A stretch of DNA of 64,000 nucleotides from Saprolegnia diclina VS20 (taxonomy: Eukaryota). A model generated the notes under the pieces. The model saw nothing but the letters and a program-made list of their open reading frames with translations. It was not told where the DNA came from and searched no databases. Shown here piece after piece: positions 46,605-58,790 of this stretch. The number at the start of each line of letters is the position of its first letter. The first letter of the stretch is position 1. A program made the translations under genes and the position numbers. The DNA is taken from the NCBI RefSeq assembly GCF_000281045.1, contig NW_008246072.1:1051481-1115480 (forward strand). The letters run 5' to 3'.

Positions 46605-47263
46605 GACCACATCCCACGTCTTTGCTGAAGGTTGTATTTGCCAGATCGCACTAGTATAGTGTCATTATACTAGTACATCCCGCGAGGATGACAATGAACG
46701 AACGACGTCAAGAAGATGACATTTTCACACCTCTAGCATCGCCATGACAAGGATGGGACGGCGGTGTTTTGTGCCATGTCAATTTCTTTTGAAAAGACCT
46801 ATGACGCCTCATCGCAGCTTTTGGCGGGAAAATTGCGCCATCAAGGAGGCTCGTCGCGCTCGATCTTGATCCGGATAACGTCTGGACAGCGATCTCCGGG
46901 AACATCGCGAGGAGGTGGCAGCAGGAGCGCGATGCACGCGCGGGTCTTCTACATACCGGTACCACCGTGCATCGCAGCCATGCGGTGGAATCTAGCTTCA
47001 CTCATTATGGAGTGGCATCGTGAGCCGTCGTGAAGCTTTCGACACGCTGGGGTCGACGAGCTTGGCGTTGGACGCCACCTCTCACCCTGCTAAGCGCCAT
47101 CGCTGAGGACCCCGGGTTCGCTTGCCAGGGTTCACTAGGCTAATGCCCCAAAATTTATTTTTTCGAATCTCAAGATTCCTCGTCGTCCCACTCTTCACAC
47201 AAGAGGCCGTTACGTGACGTGAGTTTGCACCGACCACAACTCATTTCCGATCTTGAGATTGGC

Positions 47264-48817
47264 ATGGCGAACGAAGCGACGTCGCTCTTGGTCAAGGACA
47301 GCGGTGCGTGGCCCGTGGAGCCGTACTGGAAGCGGCTGCTCTCGGTGCCCGTGCAGATGCTGCCCGTCGCGCTCTTCTCGTTTGGCGGGCCGCAGGCGCA
47401 TCTCGGGCTCGCCCACGAGCGCTTTGTCGGTACATCGCCCTTTGCTTGCTTCCTGGGGCTGACGACGGAGCTCTAGACAAGCTGCAATGGCTCGACGACG
47501 AGCGCTTCCTCGAGGTCATCGCGCTTGGCTCGGCGCTGCCCGGCCCGACGTCCACGCAGGTCCTCGCCTCGATGGGCATCTTCCGCGCCGGGCCGCTCGG
47601 TGGCCTCCTCGCCTTCCTCGTCTGGACGGCGCCTGGGTTTCTCGTCATGCTTCTCGCCGGCCTGGGCGCGCAAGAATACCTTGGCGGTCTGAGACGATAT
47701 CCAGGAATGCGCTGGCTCATGCAGTGTCCCATGTAGATGGCGTCCCATTGTGGATGGTGGGGCTGGCGCCGGCCGCGGTCTCGCTTGTCATCATCGCCGC
47801 GACCAAGCTCTGGCAAAAGGCGTGCGGCGACGACCAGCTCAAGATGTCGATCGCTGCGATCTCGAGCTGCGTCGTGCTGGCGACGCAGGGCCTTGGCACG
47901 TGGATCTTCCCGCTGCTCATGATTGCCGGCGGCCTCACGACGCTTTCGGCGATGGCACTGGGCTACCCCAACCCGCTCGTGACTTCGAAGCGTACTGACA
48001 ATGGCCACAGCCCCCACTTTGAACGGTATGCCGCGCCTCCTCCTTTCAAAGCAATAGCGTCTGTCTAGGGAGCTCGGGATTCCTGCGTGGGCCGGCGTCC
48101 TTCTCATTCTCGGCTGGCTCGCTGCCTTTGGTCTCCTCGCCTACTTTGATTCGACGGTAAGCTTACTTGCCATTCCATCCTCAGCACTTGTAAACATGGA
48201 TGGTACTAGGGGTCGCTTGGCCGCAGCTACCTCGGGCTCTTCTACGCCTTCTTCCGCATGGGCTCGATCATCTTTGGCGGTGGCCAGGTCATGCTTCCGA
48301 TGCTCCTCAACGACATCGTCAGCGCTGGCTGGGTCTCCAAGGAGCAGTTCTTCATCGGCTTTGCCCTCATCCAGGCACTGCCCGGCCCCATGTTCAACAT
48401 GTCGACGTACTTGGGTATCCTTATCTTATCGAAGGCCAGAGAAGCTCATGAGTCAATGTAGGTGCGGTCGCGCTCGGTGTGCCCGGTGCCTTCTTGGCCG
48501 CTGCGGGTCTCTTTGGCCCTGGCGTTGGGCTCTTCTTTGCCGTGCTGCCGCTCTGGGAGAAGGTGCGTCGCCATGAGAAGCTCCAGGTGTTTATGGCCGG
48601 CGTCAACTCGGCCGCGATCGGGCTCGTGGTCGCCGCCATTGCGCTGCTGTGGCAGCACGCTGTGCACAACAATGCGTCGGCCGCCGTGTGCCTTGCGACC
48701 GGACTACTTGTCGGCGTCTTCAAGGTGCCGGCGCCTGTCGGCATCGTCGTGGGCGGTCTTCTCGGCTACCTCTTTTCGATTCTCAACATTGCCCAGACCA
48801 GCTTTTGCGCCGCCTAA
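47264..48817 (+). CDS. chrA: Chromate ion transporter (CHR/ChrA family, long-chain), multi-exon
   Basis: Two CHR halves: FGGPQAHLG...WLDDERF...SALPGPTSTQ and FGGGQVMLPML...WVSKEQF...QALPGPMFN. Also GVNSAAIGLV. Confidence 0.9.
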
Positions 48818-49142
48818 CTGGACCAGGCTGCAGCTGCACGTCTCGTAAGACCAAAACTTTGTTGTTTTCAATGGTATGAATGACAATGTGTTTATGGGAT
48901 GCTCAAGAGCTATGGCTGGGACGGTTGGCTGGAATGATGCAGCGAAAGAAGCGGGCTCTAAGTGTGCCAGCTCTGAAACCCTAGCCCTAGGCCACCATTT
49001 TGGCCTCGAAAACGAAATGGCAGGTTCCAGAGTTGGTTCGTCGACTATCAATGAGCCACTAGAATACGACTGAAAGAAGAAAATTGAGAATACCACAAGG
49101 TGTCGTTCAAAGATTCAACAATATTTGCAGAAAACTGACAAT

Positions 49143-50634
49143 TTAGGGGCTTGAGAGATATTCATACGCAAGGGTGAGCTTGGTGCCGATCGTGGCGCCC
49201 ACCAAATCGTAGGCGCACACCGTCTTGCGCTGCTGCGGTAGCGTCGACAGCGGCACTTGCAGCGTTGACAGAAGACGCGGCGGGCGCCCTCGTCGGTCGT
49301 CAAAGACACACACCCCAAGCACGCCGTCCGGCTCAACGTCGTGAAACGTAGTCACATTGTCTTGGTACCACATTGGTGATCGGTCGCCGCGAACAACTTT
49401 GGTCGAAAACGTCTGGGTCTGAAGCGACAAGCGACAGACGGCATGTACCTAGTTGACGAGTCTACCTTGTCCCAATAGAAATATGGAGTTATACCGTTTG
49501 GCCAGCAGGCAGCAAGTTGGTGGCTGAGAGCACCGTCACACGCAACGCTGAGGGTGGGCCTGGAAGGTCGTTCGCGGTGCCGAGAGCGGCCGATGGCCGC
49601 GCCGCGAAGCCCGCGTCCACCATCGCTTGCTGCAACATCCGCATCCACGAGCGCCGTTCGTCGTCCTCAGCGCACGCGAGTTGTAGCTGCTTGGCACCGA
49701 CGCGGACGACAAAGGGGTAGAGGGTGCCCGTCGCGGGCAGACGCTGCACCGTGCACCGGTGTCCCACAAACACGAGCTCGGCGCGAGGCGAGTTGGACGT
49801 ATGGTGCTGAAAACAGCGAAGTGCAGTCGGCGTCAATACGACGTGCACCGGGGTCCAACGCTTGAACAGCCCGCTTTGCTGATGCAGCGGTCCTTGCTTG
49901 AGAACACCAACATCGTCCGACTTTCGCCGAGCGGCCTCATCGCTGTTGCTGGTGCTGGCCTCAGTGAGCCGGGGCTCGAGGCTCGGCAAGGCTGGAGCTG
50001 CGAGCGCTGCCAGAGCATCGAGAGCATGAATGTGAGCATGCGGCACAAAGTGCAATGTGCACGGGGACGGCGCTCGACGCAGAAGGGACATCACTGCTTC
50101 GTACGATCGATGGAGCACGATTGTCTCGTGCACCTTGTACAGTACGTCGCCGACGCTGATGATCCCGTCAGCCTTGGCCTGGCCCGTGAGGCGATTCACG
50201 ACAGCGCCGTGGCTGCCGGCTGTCCAGTGCACCCCCGCGTCGACGACGACAGCGTACGACGGCGGCTCTCTCTTTGACTGTGGTGGCGCCAGTCGGGCGA
50301 GCTCGCGCCCAATGATGGTGCTTTCAAATGTAAGCGCGAGGGGTCGAGGCAGCAAGCCAAGGCGCTCGGACGCAGCGGCAAACCCGAGCCCGTCCACAGG
50401 GCAGCCACCGATCGCAACGAGGCGGTCGCTCGGCGCAACGTGGCCCACCAAGTGTGAGTTGCTGACATCGAGAATGACAAGACCGTGCGCAATGATGCCT
50501 GACGTGGGTGCTGCGAGGACAAGCCCAAGCGCGCGGCCGGGCGGTAGCTCGAGTGTGACGCTTTGAGCCTTGAACTTGTCGTGGAGGGGGAGGCCGCAGG
50601 ATCCCACGAGTCGAAGGCGGGTGGCACTCGTCAT
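49143..50634 (-). CDS. PDZ-PDZ-PH-C2 multidomain protein (intron ~49449-49494)
   Basis: PDZ-like ALGLVL...DRLVAIGG and ISVGDVLYKV; PH KQGPLHQQSGLFKRW...ERRSWMRMLQQA; C2 LRVTVLSATNL...TKVVRGDRSPMW...VCVFD. Confidence 0.8.
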
Positions 50635-51864
50635 GCTTCTTCTGCCCAAGTGGCGAACGCGAGCGCACTCGACTGGACATCGAAGCTGTCGCCACCATGC
50701 ATTTGCTTGTTGTACCAGCTGTTTTAGGGTCGGAATAGCACGTGATTGGACGATTCGAAAGCATGGGACACTGAGGACTTGGATCGCAAAGCTGGTTCCG
50801 GCGACACTATCATAACGCTGGCCCCTGGCGTCATTGACAGATGGGAGCACGGTCAGCGGTGTTTGCGTCGGACCACAGGACCCTTGATTGGGCGTGGAAC
50901 ACGTCTTTTCTGCAGTCCGAAACCAGCGGTGCGATCACGCTCCGAGGCCATCTGCACGGGCTCGAGAGGACCGACCAAACGTGCCTCGTTTGCCCCGCGC
51001 CTGATGGGAACACTGCAGGCATGGGACGTCTTTGGCCGCTGGATGCACCCTTTTTGAATTGAGATTTTAGCTGTTCTGGTGATGCAACCTCGCCCGCCGC
51101 GACCGCACTCAGTGAAGCGAACTGAGCGGACCTGCAGCGCTGTTGGAAACGAAGTGGTATCGAACGTCTTGTGCTGTTGCGCAAGCCCAGACAACAAAAC
51201 AAGACGATGTTGACGTAGTAGCAACACTGAAGACGGCAAAGTCGAGCACAAGGAAAGACACTGCGACCGATCTTGCGCTGCCAGTTCACGGCTGGAGCCG
51301 AGCACACTATTCCGATCGCAATTAATGAAGTCTAGAAGGTGCTAAACCTGCTAAAACTGCATCTTGCAGTCTTGAAGGCACAACACCTTTGATTTCGGCA
51401 AACGAGACCAGTCCTCTGCGGCCAGTCGCGCATCTAAAGGCCAATACTTGGTCGCCGTGGCTGATGTTTTATGGAAAGAAGCCCAGTCCTATACCTCGGG
51501 GCACAGATTTGACAAATTGCTGTAGACTAGAACTAGTACAGTTGTACTAGTATGATATTACTAAGTACGTTGTGAGATGTTGAACCCTTTGTGCACTCAA
51601 TCGCCCAATAAAATCGTAACATTTTGCGAAACGTATACGAACTGCGATATTCCTAGTCAGCTGCTACATACATGTACTAGTATGCGCTAAATCCAAGGTG
51701 CACAGAATGCCGAGTTTCAACGATCGTAGTTTAACTTTGCGATAGAAAAAATATCATTTTGATATGATACGGAGGCCGCTTGCACTGATCCATATGTCTC
51801 CTAGCCATGAGCACGACAGGCCCTTGCGAGCGCTGATCTACGTAGCGCCTTCTTGATTCAGCAT

Positions 51865-52344
51865 TTACGCCATGGCGTAGATCACTGCGCCCATCGCAAG
51901 GAGTGAGGCCGAGTTGGCGATGGCCGCCGACGGCGCCGCTTTTTTGGGCTCTGGAGTGATCGTATTGGCTGGGACGGTCACAATGGGCACCGTTGTGGCG
52001 TTGGAGTCGGTGTGGTTGGTCGGCACGATGAGGTTCCGGTCGACGCCGCAATTGAGGACGTATAACTCAACATCGAGGATCAGCGCCGAGGTGTTCGAGA
52101 TGCAGTTGGGGACCTTGCCGACCAAGTTTTGGGCGGCGTCGACGCACGAATGGACGGCGCAAATGTCGTCCACCGACGTTGGCCCGTCCTTGACGCACTG
52201 CACGTACGTGCTCGTGGACTGGAGCTGTTTGAGAATCGCGTTCTCCTCTGTCGAGCAGCTGACGGTGAATTTGGCCGGGATCGGCGTCTTCAAGTTGGCG
52301 GCCATGGCGCAGACAGCGAGCGTCGTGAGCACTGTGAGCTTCAT
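51865..52344 (-). CDS. Elicitin-like secreted protein, probably GPI-anchored
   Basis: Signal peptide MKLTVLTTLAVCAMA; six mature Cys with the C-x4-C...PNC...C pattern; Thr/Pro stalk; hydrophobic C-terminus after SAA. Confidence 0.7.
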   Translation of the reverse strand: MKLTVLTTLAVCAMAANLKTPIPAKFTVSCSTEENAILKQLQSTSTYVQCVKDGPTSVDDICAVHSCVDAAQNLVGKVPNCISNTSALILDVELYVLNCGVDRNLIVPTNHTDSNATTVPIVTVPANTITPEPKKAAPSAAIANSASLLAMGAVIYAMA

Positions 52345-52805
52345 CGGGATGGTGGAAATTTCGTTATGACTCGCAACGCCGCCAGGGGCAGCGTCTGCGA
52401 ACACCATATGTATCCACCCATCACACGCTGTTCGTTTGCGATTCCCGATTTTTGGCCAATGGGACGCTGTAGCGCCAACTGTCCAACGCGACCGCGCGTT
52501 TGAGCTGTCGTCCGTCCAACTCTGCAAGTGGACAGAGCTCCTGGCAAGAGCTCAAAATTTCAATATTGTTCGTCATCCAGTGTCAATGTACTATACTGAC
52601 ACGGGTAGGAATCGACTTATCCCAGTGGCCAGGAAGTGTAGCGACCGTCACGATGCATGCGTCTTTGTTATGAACCTTTGTTTAAGAGGTGATTCTCCAA
52701 AATGTGCGACGACCCGGTTTCCTCCTCAAGAAATAGTCATGCCGTAACCCTGTCAGAATCCCTCGCGGAGGCAACGCTCGCAACTTTTTTGGAGTCGAAC
52801 TCTAA

Positions 52806-52869
52806 ATTTTGTTCCAGCACGTAGACTCTGAGTTGCTCGGGGCAACTCATTTACGTGCTGGAACAAAAT
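52806..52869. repeat. Inverted repeat/hairpin (18-bp perfect outer arm plus 8-bp inner arm)
   Basis: ATTTTGTTCCAGCACGTA..TGAGTTGC tcggg GCAACTCA..TACGTGCTGGAACAAAAT. Confidence 0.85.
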
Positions 52870-53390
52870 GGGCTCACCTTGCTATCAATACAGTGGTGTG
52901 CGTGGCTACGTCGCCCAACTGTTCCACGTGGTTGGAATGCAAGCTAGTTTCAGCATAAACGCGTTGACAGTGCTCTCTTTGCACCGGAAACAAGAGGACC
53001 GCAAATAGCCTCGATTGACACGGTGTCATGGCCACGCAGACAGATGATCGACAAGCTGGTCATTAATGCTAATGGTCAAGCCGTCAGTGCTGTGGTCGGT
53101 TTGCGAATGCGTGGCACGCTCGCCGCATCCAGGATCGCAATGACGTGGCACCACCTCGAGTTAGGTGCACCACCAACACCCAACGAGACGCTGGACGAAG
53201 ATAGCGAAGGTCGTGGTGGTCAATGCCTCTACAGCTATTGAAGCGAATGCGTACACAAGACGGCAGGTTCTCGGTTTATGTTGAAACGGGAATCACCTAC
53301 CCCTAGCCGCGATGGGCTCATTTAGGGACAAGAAGCGACGCATGCAATGTGATGGATGGCGGTGGAAGCGTGGTGTGGAGCATGGTTTAT

Positions 53391-54161
53391 TCAGTACGGA
53401 GGCGGCACGACGGTAGCGCCGTCTACGCGGCAGCGATTACTTGAGGACGTCTTGACGTCTGAGCGGCGCAGTTGGCACTCCTTGAGCGACCCATGTATCT
53501 GGTGAAAACTGGCCAAGTCGGACACGACCTCGGGCATCGCATCGCGTTTCAAATTGGCTAGCTGCACACGAGCTCTCGCCGGCAGCGTCGAGCGCACCGT
53601 GTCGGCGACCAAGGCGTGAGGGATGAATTGCAGGACGTTTGGACGGGCAGCCTTGGCAACGATGCCCATGACCACCGAATACGGCCGGAAGAGCACATTG
53701 ATCTCGCCCACCTTGTAGAGGACATCGCCTGTTGCGAGGATTCCGTCGGCCTTGGCCTCGGGTGTGAGGTGGTGGACAACAGCGCCGTTAATACCGTGCA
53801 TGGCTGCGTCGGCAAACTGCACGCCGCGCTCGACGACAGCTACGTACGACGGCGGCTCGCGCTTCGCTGGTGTGAAGAGCGGCGAGGAGAGTGAATGCAG
53901 AAAGGTCAGCGCATACGGTCGTGGTGTTGTTTGGATGATTTTGACGGCCTGGTCCCATCGGAGTCCGTGGAACGGGACACCGTTGATGGCAGCAACTACG
54001 TCGTTGGCCTTCACTTGGTATTTCAAGCGAGGATTCGTGACGTCCTCGACGATAAGACCATCTTTGACGACGCCCGATGTAGGGGGTGTGAGCACGAGAC
54101 CGAAAGACTCGTGCGGGGGCAGCACCAGAGTCGTGCTCGTTGAAGTCGGCAAAGAAGGCAT
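53391..54161 (-). CDS. PDZ-PDZ paralog truncated at the start of the PH domain
   Basis: SFGLVL, KREPPSYVAVV and ATGDVLYKVGE; diverges from paralogs after IHGSLKECQL. Confidence 0.7.
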   Translation of the reverse strand: MPSLPTSTSTTLVLPPHESFGLVLTPPTSGVVKDGLIVEDVTNPRLKYQVKANDVVAAINGVPFHGLRWDQAVKIIQTTPRPYALTFLHSLSSPLFTPAKREPPSYVAVVERGVQFADAAMHGINGAVVHHLTPEAKADGILATGDVLYKVGEINVLFRPYSVVMGIVAKAARPNVLQFIPHALVADTVRSTLPARARVQLANLKRDAMPEVVSDLASFHQIHGSLKECQLRRSDVKTSSSNRCRVDGATVVPPPY

Positions 54162-54835
54162 CGTGTGTTGGGTGGTGCGTGTTGAGCAAGAAATGAGATT
54201 TTGAGAGTTTCATTGCCCGATGAGCTTTAACAAGACCGCGACGTTGAGCATGGGAGGCACCATTGATCGCATTTCAATGGTTCCCGTTCATATCAACTTG
54301 ATACGCGATCTATAGCTATCAACTGCGATCTTGCATCAACCACAAAGATACTATTTTCACCCCAAGTTTGCACCGCGGTCCGCGCAACTGACACCAGCAC
54401 GTTGTTGCCTTGGTCGTCGACCAGCCTCAAAGATACTGGGCTTGGGAGGCTTCGGTAGCTTGCTCAGCCGCCTCTGAAAACGCACGGGAGCGGCCCGTAC
54501 GTGATACCAGCCGCGCAAGAGTAGCTGGTAGTGGTTGGGTGACTTTGCCCAGCGCTCCGCTACAACAATTACGTTGTTTTCGTTTGCAAAACTAAACTGC
54601 GCTCCTCGGCAAAGCTTACGCCGTCGCGACCGCACTGTCGATAATGCAGAGCACGACCAGCGTGACAGCTAACACCATAGAGCAGTCGAGATTAACGAGC
54701 ACTTGACAACATCTTTGTATATCCACTGGCAAAGACTCGCTCCTGGCGTATTGTCATAGCCACGGACGTTCGCAAGGCAGGTGAATACATTCATTCGATA
54801 TTGCTATCTAATGTTTTCGGAGCAATCTTGCCAGC

Positions 54836-54858
54836 ATATATATATATATATATATATA
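54836..54858. repeat. (AT)n microsatellite
   Basis: About 11 AT units. Confidence 0.95.
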
Positions 54859-55213
54859 ATCCACGCGGCCATAAAGTGTCCGCCACCGGCTCGCGTCCTA
54901 TCGTGGTCTAAGAACTTACTGCATAGATCGCGCTGGTCTAAGCATCGACAAGTGCAATGTACCTGTCACAGCGCTCCTCATCTGGCCTCACGCCATCTGA
55001 GGGACGAACCGTTCGCGCGGTACGGTATGTGCTCGATCTGCTTGGAGTGGTCGGAGTCGTGGCGCCCAAGTTCTTGCTCTCACAAACCTGAGGGAACTTG
55101 CCTTGTTGTCGGTTATAAAACGCTAGTACGGTGTCACACCGACCAAACCCATCATTGCAACGCATTCTCGCGCGCTGATTGTGCCTTCAACCCAAACTCA
55201 AAGTGCCCACACC

Positions 55214-56736
55214 ATGTCTCGACCACGAGGCAACCCGGAGGCCGTGGGTTCGACGCCCGAGCTCCTGCAGCACATCGCAACCTTTGTTCAGCACGGACCA
55301 ACGCTTCTCGAGCTCGCTGGCGCGCTTCCACCAGCTGCGATGTCGCCGGGGATAGCTGCGCTCAGCGCCTTGTGCTCGACGCCAACGGTGCACGTCGCAT
55401 GGCCCCGCATCAGTGTACTCGGAACGACAAGCGAAGCTACCAAGCAGCACCTTGCAAACATCGATGCTCTCGGCGCCATCGTAGCCATGGGTGCTCAAGC
55501 CAATAGTGTTGCGCTGCTTCAAGAACCAACGTGTCCTTCACCACGTCGACTTCTGCAGTGTACAGGTATCCGACGCCGCGGCGCTCGGCAGCGCCCTTGC
55601 CGCGTGTCCTCGCCTGCGCATGGTCACCACGTTGCGTGCCGAAGCCACGAAGGATTTTGCTGCAATAGCGGAGATCTTTGCCCATATGCCGCTCGGCCAG
55701 CTCACGGAGCTCACAATGCGCGGGCAATATCCCGCCTCTGTTGCATCGGCTGTCGCTGCAATGCTGGCGCAAGGGCGCTGCCGACGCCTCCACCTCGTCG
55801 ACACGACGTTCAACAACGCGTCCATCGAGGACGTGCGTCGGTTGTGCGAGGCCATTGCGTCCTGCGACAGCCTCCACGACCTCGTCCTCAAAAATGACAG
55901 CCTCAACCTCGACGCCTCTCAAAACACTCACGATGTTCACGCGTGCTTTATGGAAGCAGCGGTTACCACGCAATTCACGTCGCGTCAACGTCGAGCAGGA
56001 CATGCGCTTCAAGGTCGTTGCCCACACTTTGCGTTCCGCCGACACCGTTAGTCCCGAGCAGTGCCTAGTGTTCCAAGACGGCTCGGCCGCTGATATTGCC
56101 CGCTTCCGGACGATGCTACTGAACACCCAGCGACTGACGCACGTTGAAGAACGTCTGCTCGTGCACGTCGCCAATGATCGGTTGCTCCAACCGTGCCTCG
56201 GACGCCTCACGTCGCTGTGCATGCCGCTGTCTGGCGTGGAGCCCGACGTCTGGCCTGTGCGCTTCCTCGAGATGTTGCCGCACTTAGGGTCGCTGAAGCA
56301 ACTCGAGTTGCAACATGCCACAGTCCACGGAGACTTTCAGCGCGAGCTAGCGCTGGGACTAGGCCACTGCACCCAACTGCAGTACCTCGATGTTGCGGCG
56401 CCGGGTCTCTACGAAGCAATGTGGCTGGCGCAACTGCCATGTCCAAAGCTCAACGCACTCCGGGTGCGGTTTCGCCAGGGCCCTTCTAAGGACCTCGTGC
56501 GACTTGTCAAGACTATCGCTGTTGCGCTGTATTCGCTGCGCTGGCTCTGTCTTGAAAAGGTGTCGTGGCCCAAGCCCGACCGTGCGCGCAACATCAAGAC
56601 GCTGGCCGCCGACAACGTTACGCTCGAGTATATCGCGCGCGACGTTGATCTCACTCATCAGCGTCGGACGTACAACTACTGGGACGCCAAGTCGACTGGT
56701 CACAAAGGTCTGGTCGTCTTTGCCTACGAAGAGTAG
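55214..56736 (+). pseudogene. F-box-like/RNI-like LRR gene with two frame breaks (~55490 and ~55920)
   Basis: PELLQHIATFV at the N-terminus, then LRR-like ACPRLRMV, SLHDLVL, SLKQLEL and CTQLQYLDV across three reading frames. The breaks could be tiny introns or sequencing errors. Confidence 0.55.
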
Positions 56737-57284
56737 CTGTATCGAGCTCAGCGCAATAGTAGAGAAGTTGAGCGACTGCCGAGCTCGTCGTCTCGCGTCA
56801 TGCTTTCTGTGTGCACTGAGCTGTTGGCGATTCCCTTTTTTTGCTGTGGCATAGTCCTAATTCACACGTACCTCACCGCACGTGAACTCGATCCTGGGCA
56901 CATGCAAGTCGTCAAGGTTGTATCGGTTTGCCAACGTCTGACTCAGCTCGACCTGCGATCCAGGATCACAATGACGTGGCATCGTCTCCTGCAAAGGTTC
57001 AACACAAACGGTTCAACACAAACACCCAGCGAGACGCTGGACGACGATAGCAAAAGGCCGTGGCGGTCGATCGAAGCACGTCGAAAGAGTGTGCTTGATG
57101 GATGGTATACGATTAATGCTCGTCATTTGTAAGCTTGAATGTAACTACCCTAACCGCGATACTCTGTTGCATTTTCTCTGGGAACGACAAGCGGCGCCTG
57201 CGAAGCGACTGTGTGGGCAGCGATGGAAGTGTGAATTGGAGCGTGGGCAAAAACAGGTCGAGGATGGCACTGCTGCAGCGCTGT

Positions 57285-58154
57285 CTACGCGGCCGCCATC
57301 ACGTGCGACGGCGCCGACGGGAGCGATTGCGTCATCGCCTGCTGGAGGGCCGTCAGCCACGCTGTCTTGTCACTCTCAGTGGCACACGCGAGCACGATGT
57401 GCTTGTGGTCGACGCAGACGCGCAAGAGGTGCACGACAGCCACGGAGCCAAATTTCTTCGTTGCGCGCAGGCTCTGGACGCTGCAGCGACGACCAGCAAA
57501 CGTGAGCTCCCGGCGCGGCGCCGGCGACCGTGGACTGGCATAGTACAGGAGCGCCGTCGGTGTCAAAACAAAGTAGCGCGCGTGCCAAAACTTGAAGAGG
57601 ACCCCTTGGCGATAGAGCTGGCCTTCCCTGAGTGAGCCATGAATCTTGCGAGTCAAGGCGTGGTCCAAAGCTGGGTTGGAAACCACCTCGGGCGCCACGC
57701 TGCTGTTCAAATTGGCCAGTCGCACAGGTGCTCTCGCCAGCAGCGTCGAGCGTACTACGTCGGCGACCAAGGCGTGAGGGATAAGTTGCAGCACGCACGG
57801 TTGGGCAGCCTTGGCAACGATGCCCATGACCACTGAATACGGCCGGAAGAGCACATTGGTCTCGCCCACCTTGTAGAGGACATCGCCGGTTGCGAGGATC
57901 CCGCCGGCCTTGGCCTCGCATGCGAGGTGGTGGACAACAGCGCCGTTAATACCGTACATGGCTGCGTCGGCAAACTGCACGCCGCGCTCAACGACAGCTA
58001 CGTACGAAGGCGGCTCGCGCTTCGCTGGCGCAAACAGCGGCGAGGAAAGCGAATGCAGAAAGGTGAGCGCATACGGTCGTGGTGTCGTTTCGAGAAGCTC
58101 GATCGACTTGTTCCATCGGAGTCCGTGGAACGGGACGCCGTTGATGGCGGCAAG
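57285..58154 (-). CDS. PDZ-PDZ-PH paralog (5' end in assembly gap), no C2 domain
   Basis: Near-identical to 53391-54161 over the PDZ region; intact PH REGQLYRQGVLFKFWHARYFVLT...DKTAWLTALQQA. Confidence 0.8.
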   Translation of the reverse strand, partial: LAAINGVPFHGLRWNKSIELLETTPRPYALTFLHSLSSPLFAPAKREPPSYVAVVERGVQFADAAMYGINGAVVHHLACEAKAGGILATGDVLYKVGETNVLFRPYSVVMGIVAKAAQPCVLQLIPHALVADVVRSTLLARAPVRLANLNSSVAPEVVSNPALDHALTRKIHGSLREGQLYRQGVLFKFWHARYFVLTPTALLYYASPRSPAPRRELTFAGRRCSVQSLRATKKFGSVAVVHLLRVCVDHKHIVLACATESDKTAWLTALQQAMTQSLPSAPSHVMAAA

Positions 58155-58543
58155 NNNNNNNNNNNNNNNNNNNNNNNNNNNNNNNNNNNNNNNNNNNNNN
58201 NNNNNNNNNNNNNNNNNNNNNNNNNNNNNNNNNNNNNNNNNNNNNNNNNNNNNNNNNNNNNNNNNNNNNNNNNNNNNNNNNNNNNNNNNNNNNNNNNNNN
58301 NNNNNNNNNNNNNNNNNNNNNNNNNNNNNNNNNNNNNNNNNNNNNNNNNNNNNNNNNNNNNNNNNNNNNNNNNNNNNNNNNNNNNNNNNNNNNNNNNNNN
58401 NNNNNNNNNNNNNNNNNNNNNNNNNNNNNNNNNNNNNNNNNNNNNNNNNNNNNNNNNNNNNNNNNNNNNNNNNNNNNNNNNNNNNNNNNNNNNNNNNNNN
58501 NNNNNNNNNNNNNNNNNNNNNNNNNNNNNNNNNNNNNNNNNNN
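58155..58543. other. Assembly gap
   Basis: Run of N. Confidence 1.
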
Positions 58544-58790
58544 GAGCAAGTGGTCAGAGCCAACTGACACCAACTTATGCAGTCACAGGTTTGAGAGGTT
58601 CAACCACCGACCAGGCGGGCGAGAACGCTGGTTCAGTAGCCGCGAGGGGAGGTGTAGGCATGATCCTGATCCACAGCCGTTGGCACCCATATCACAAACG
58701 CCGTTCGCCAAGATATCGTGACGATGTCCGAGTGTGCTTGATTCATGTTTTCTTCTTTTATCAAGTCATTCACAAGTCAAATGCAGAGTG

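Noticed and set aside
46650..51551. Short ACTAGTA-based hairpins at 46650-46674 and 51532-51551 as Helitron ends or terminators
   Set aside because: Arms of only ~9-12 bp in AT-rich 3' regions, with no other element features.
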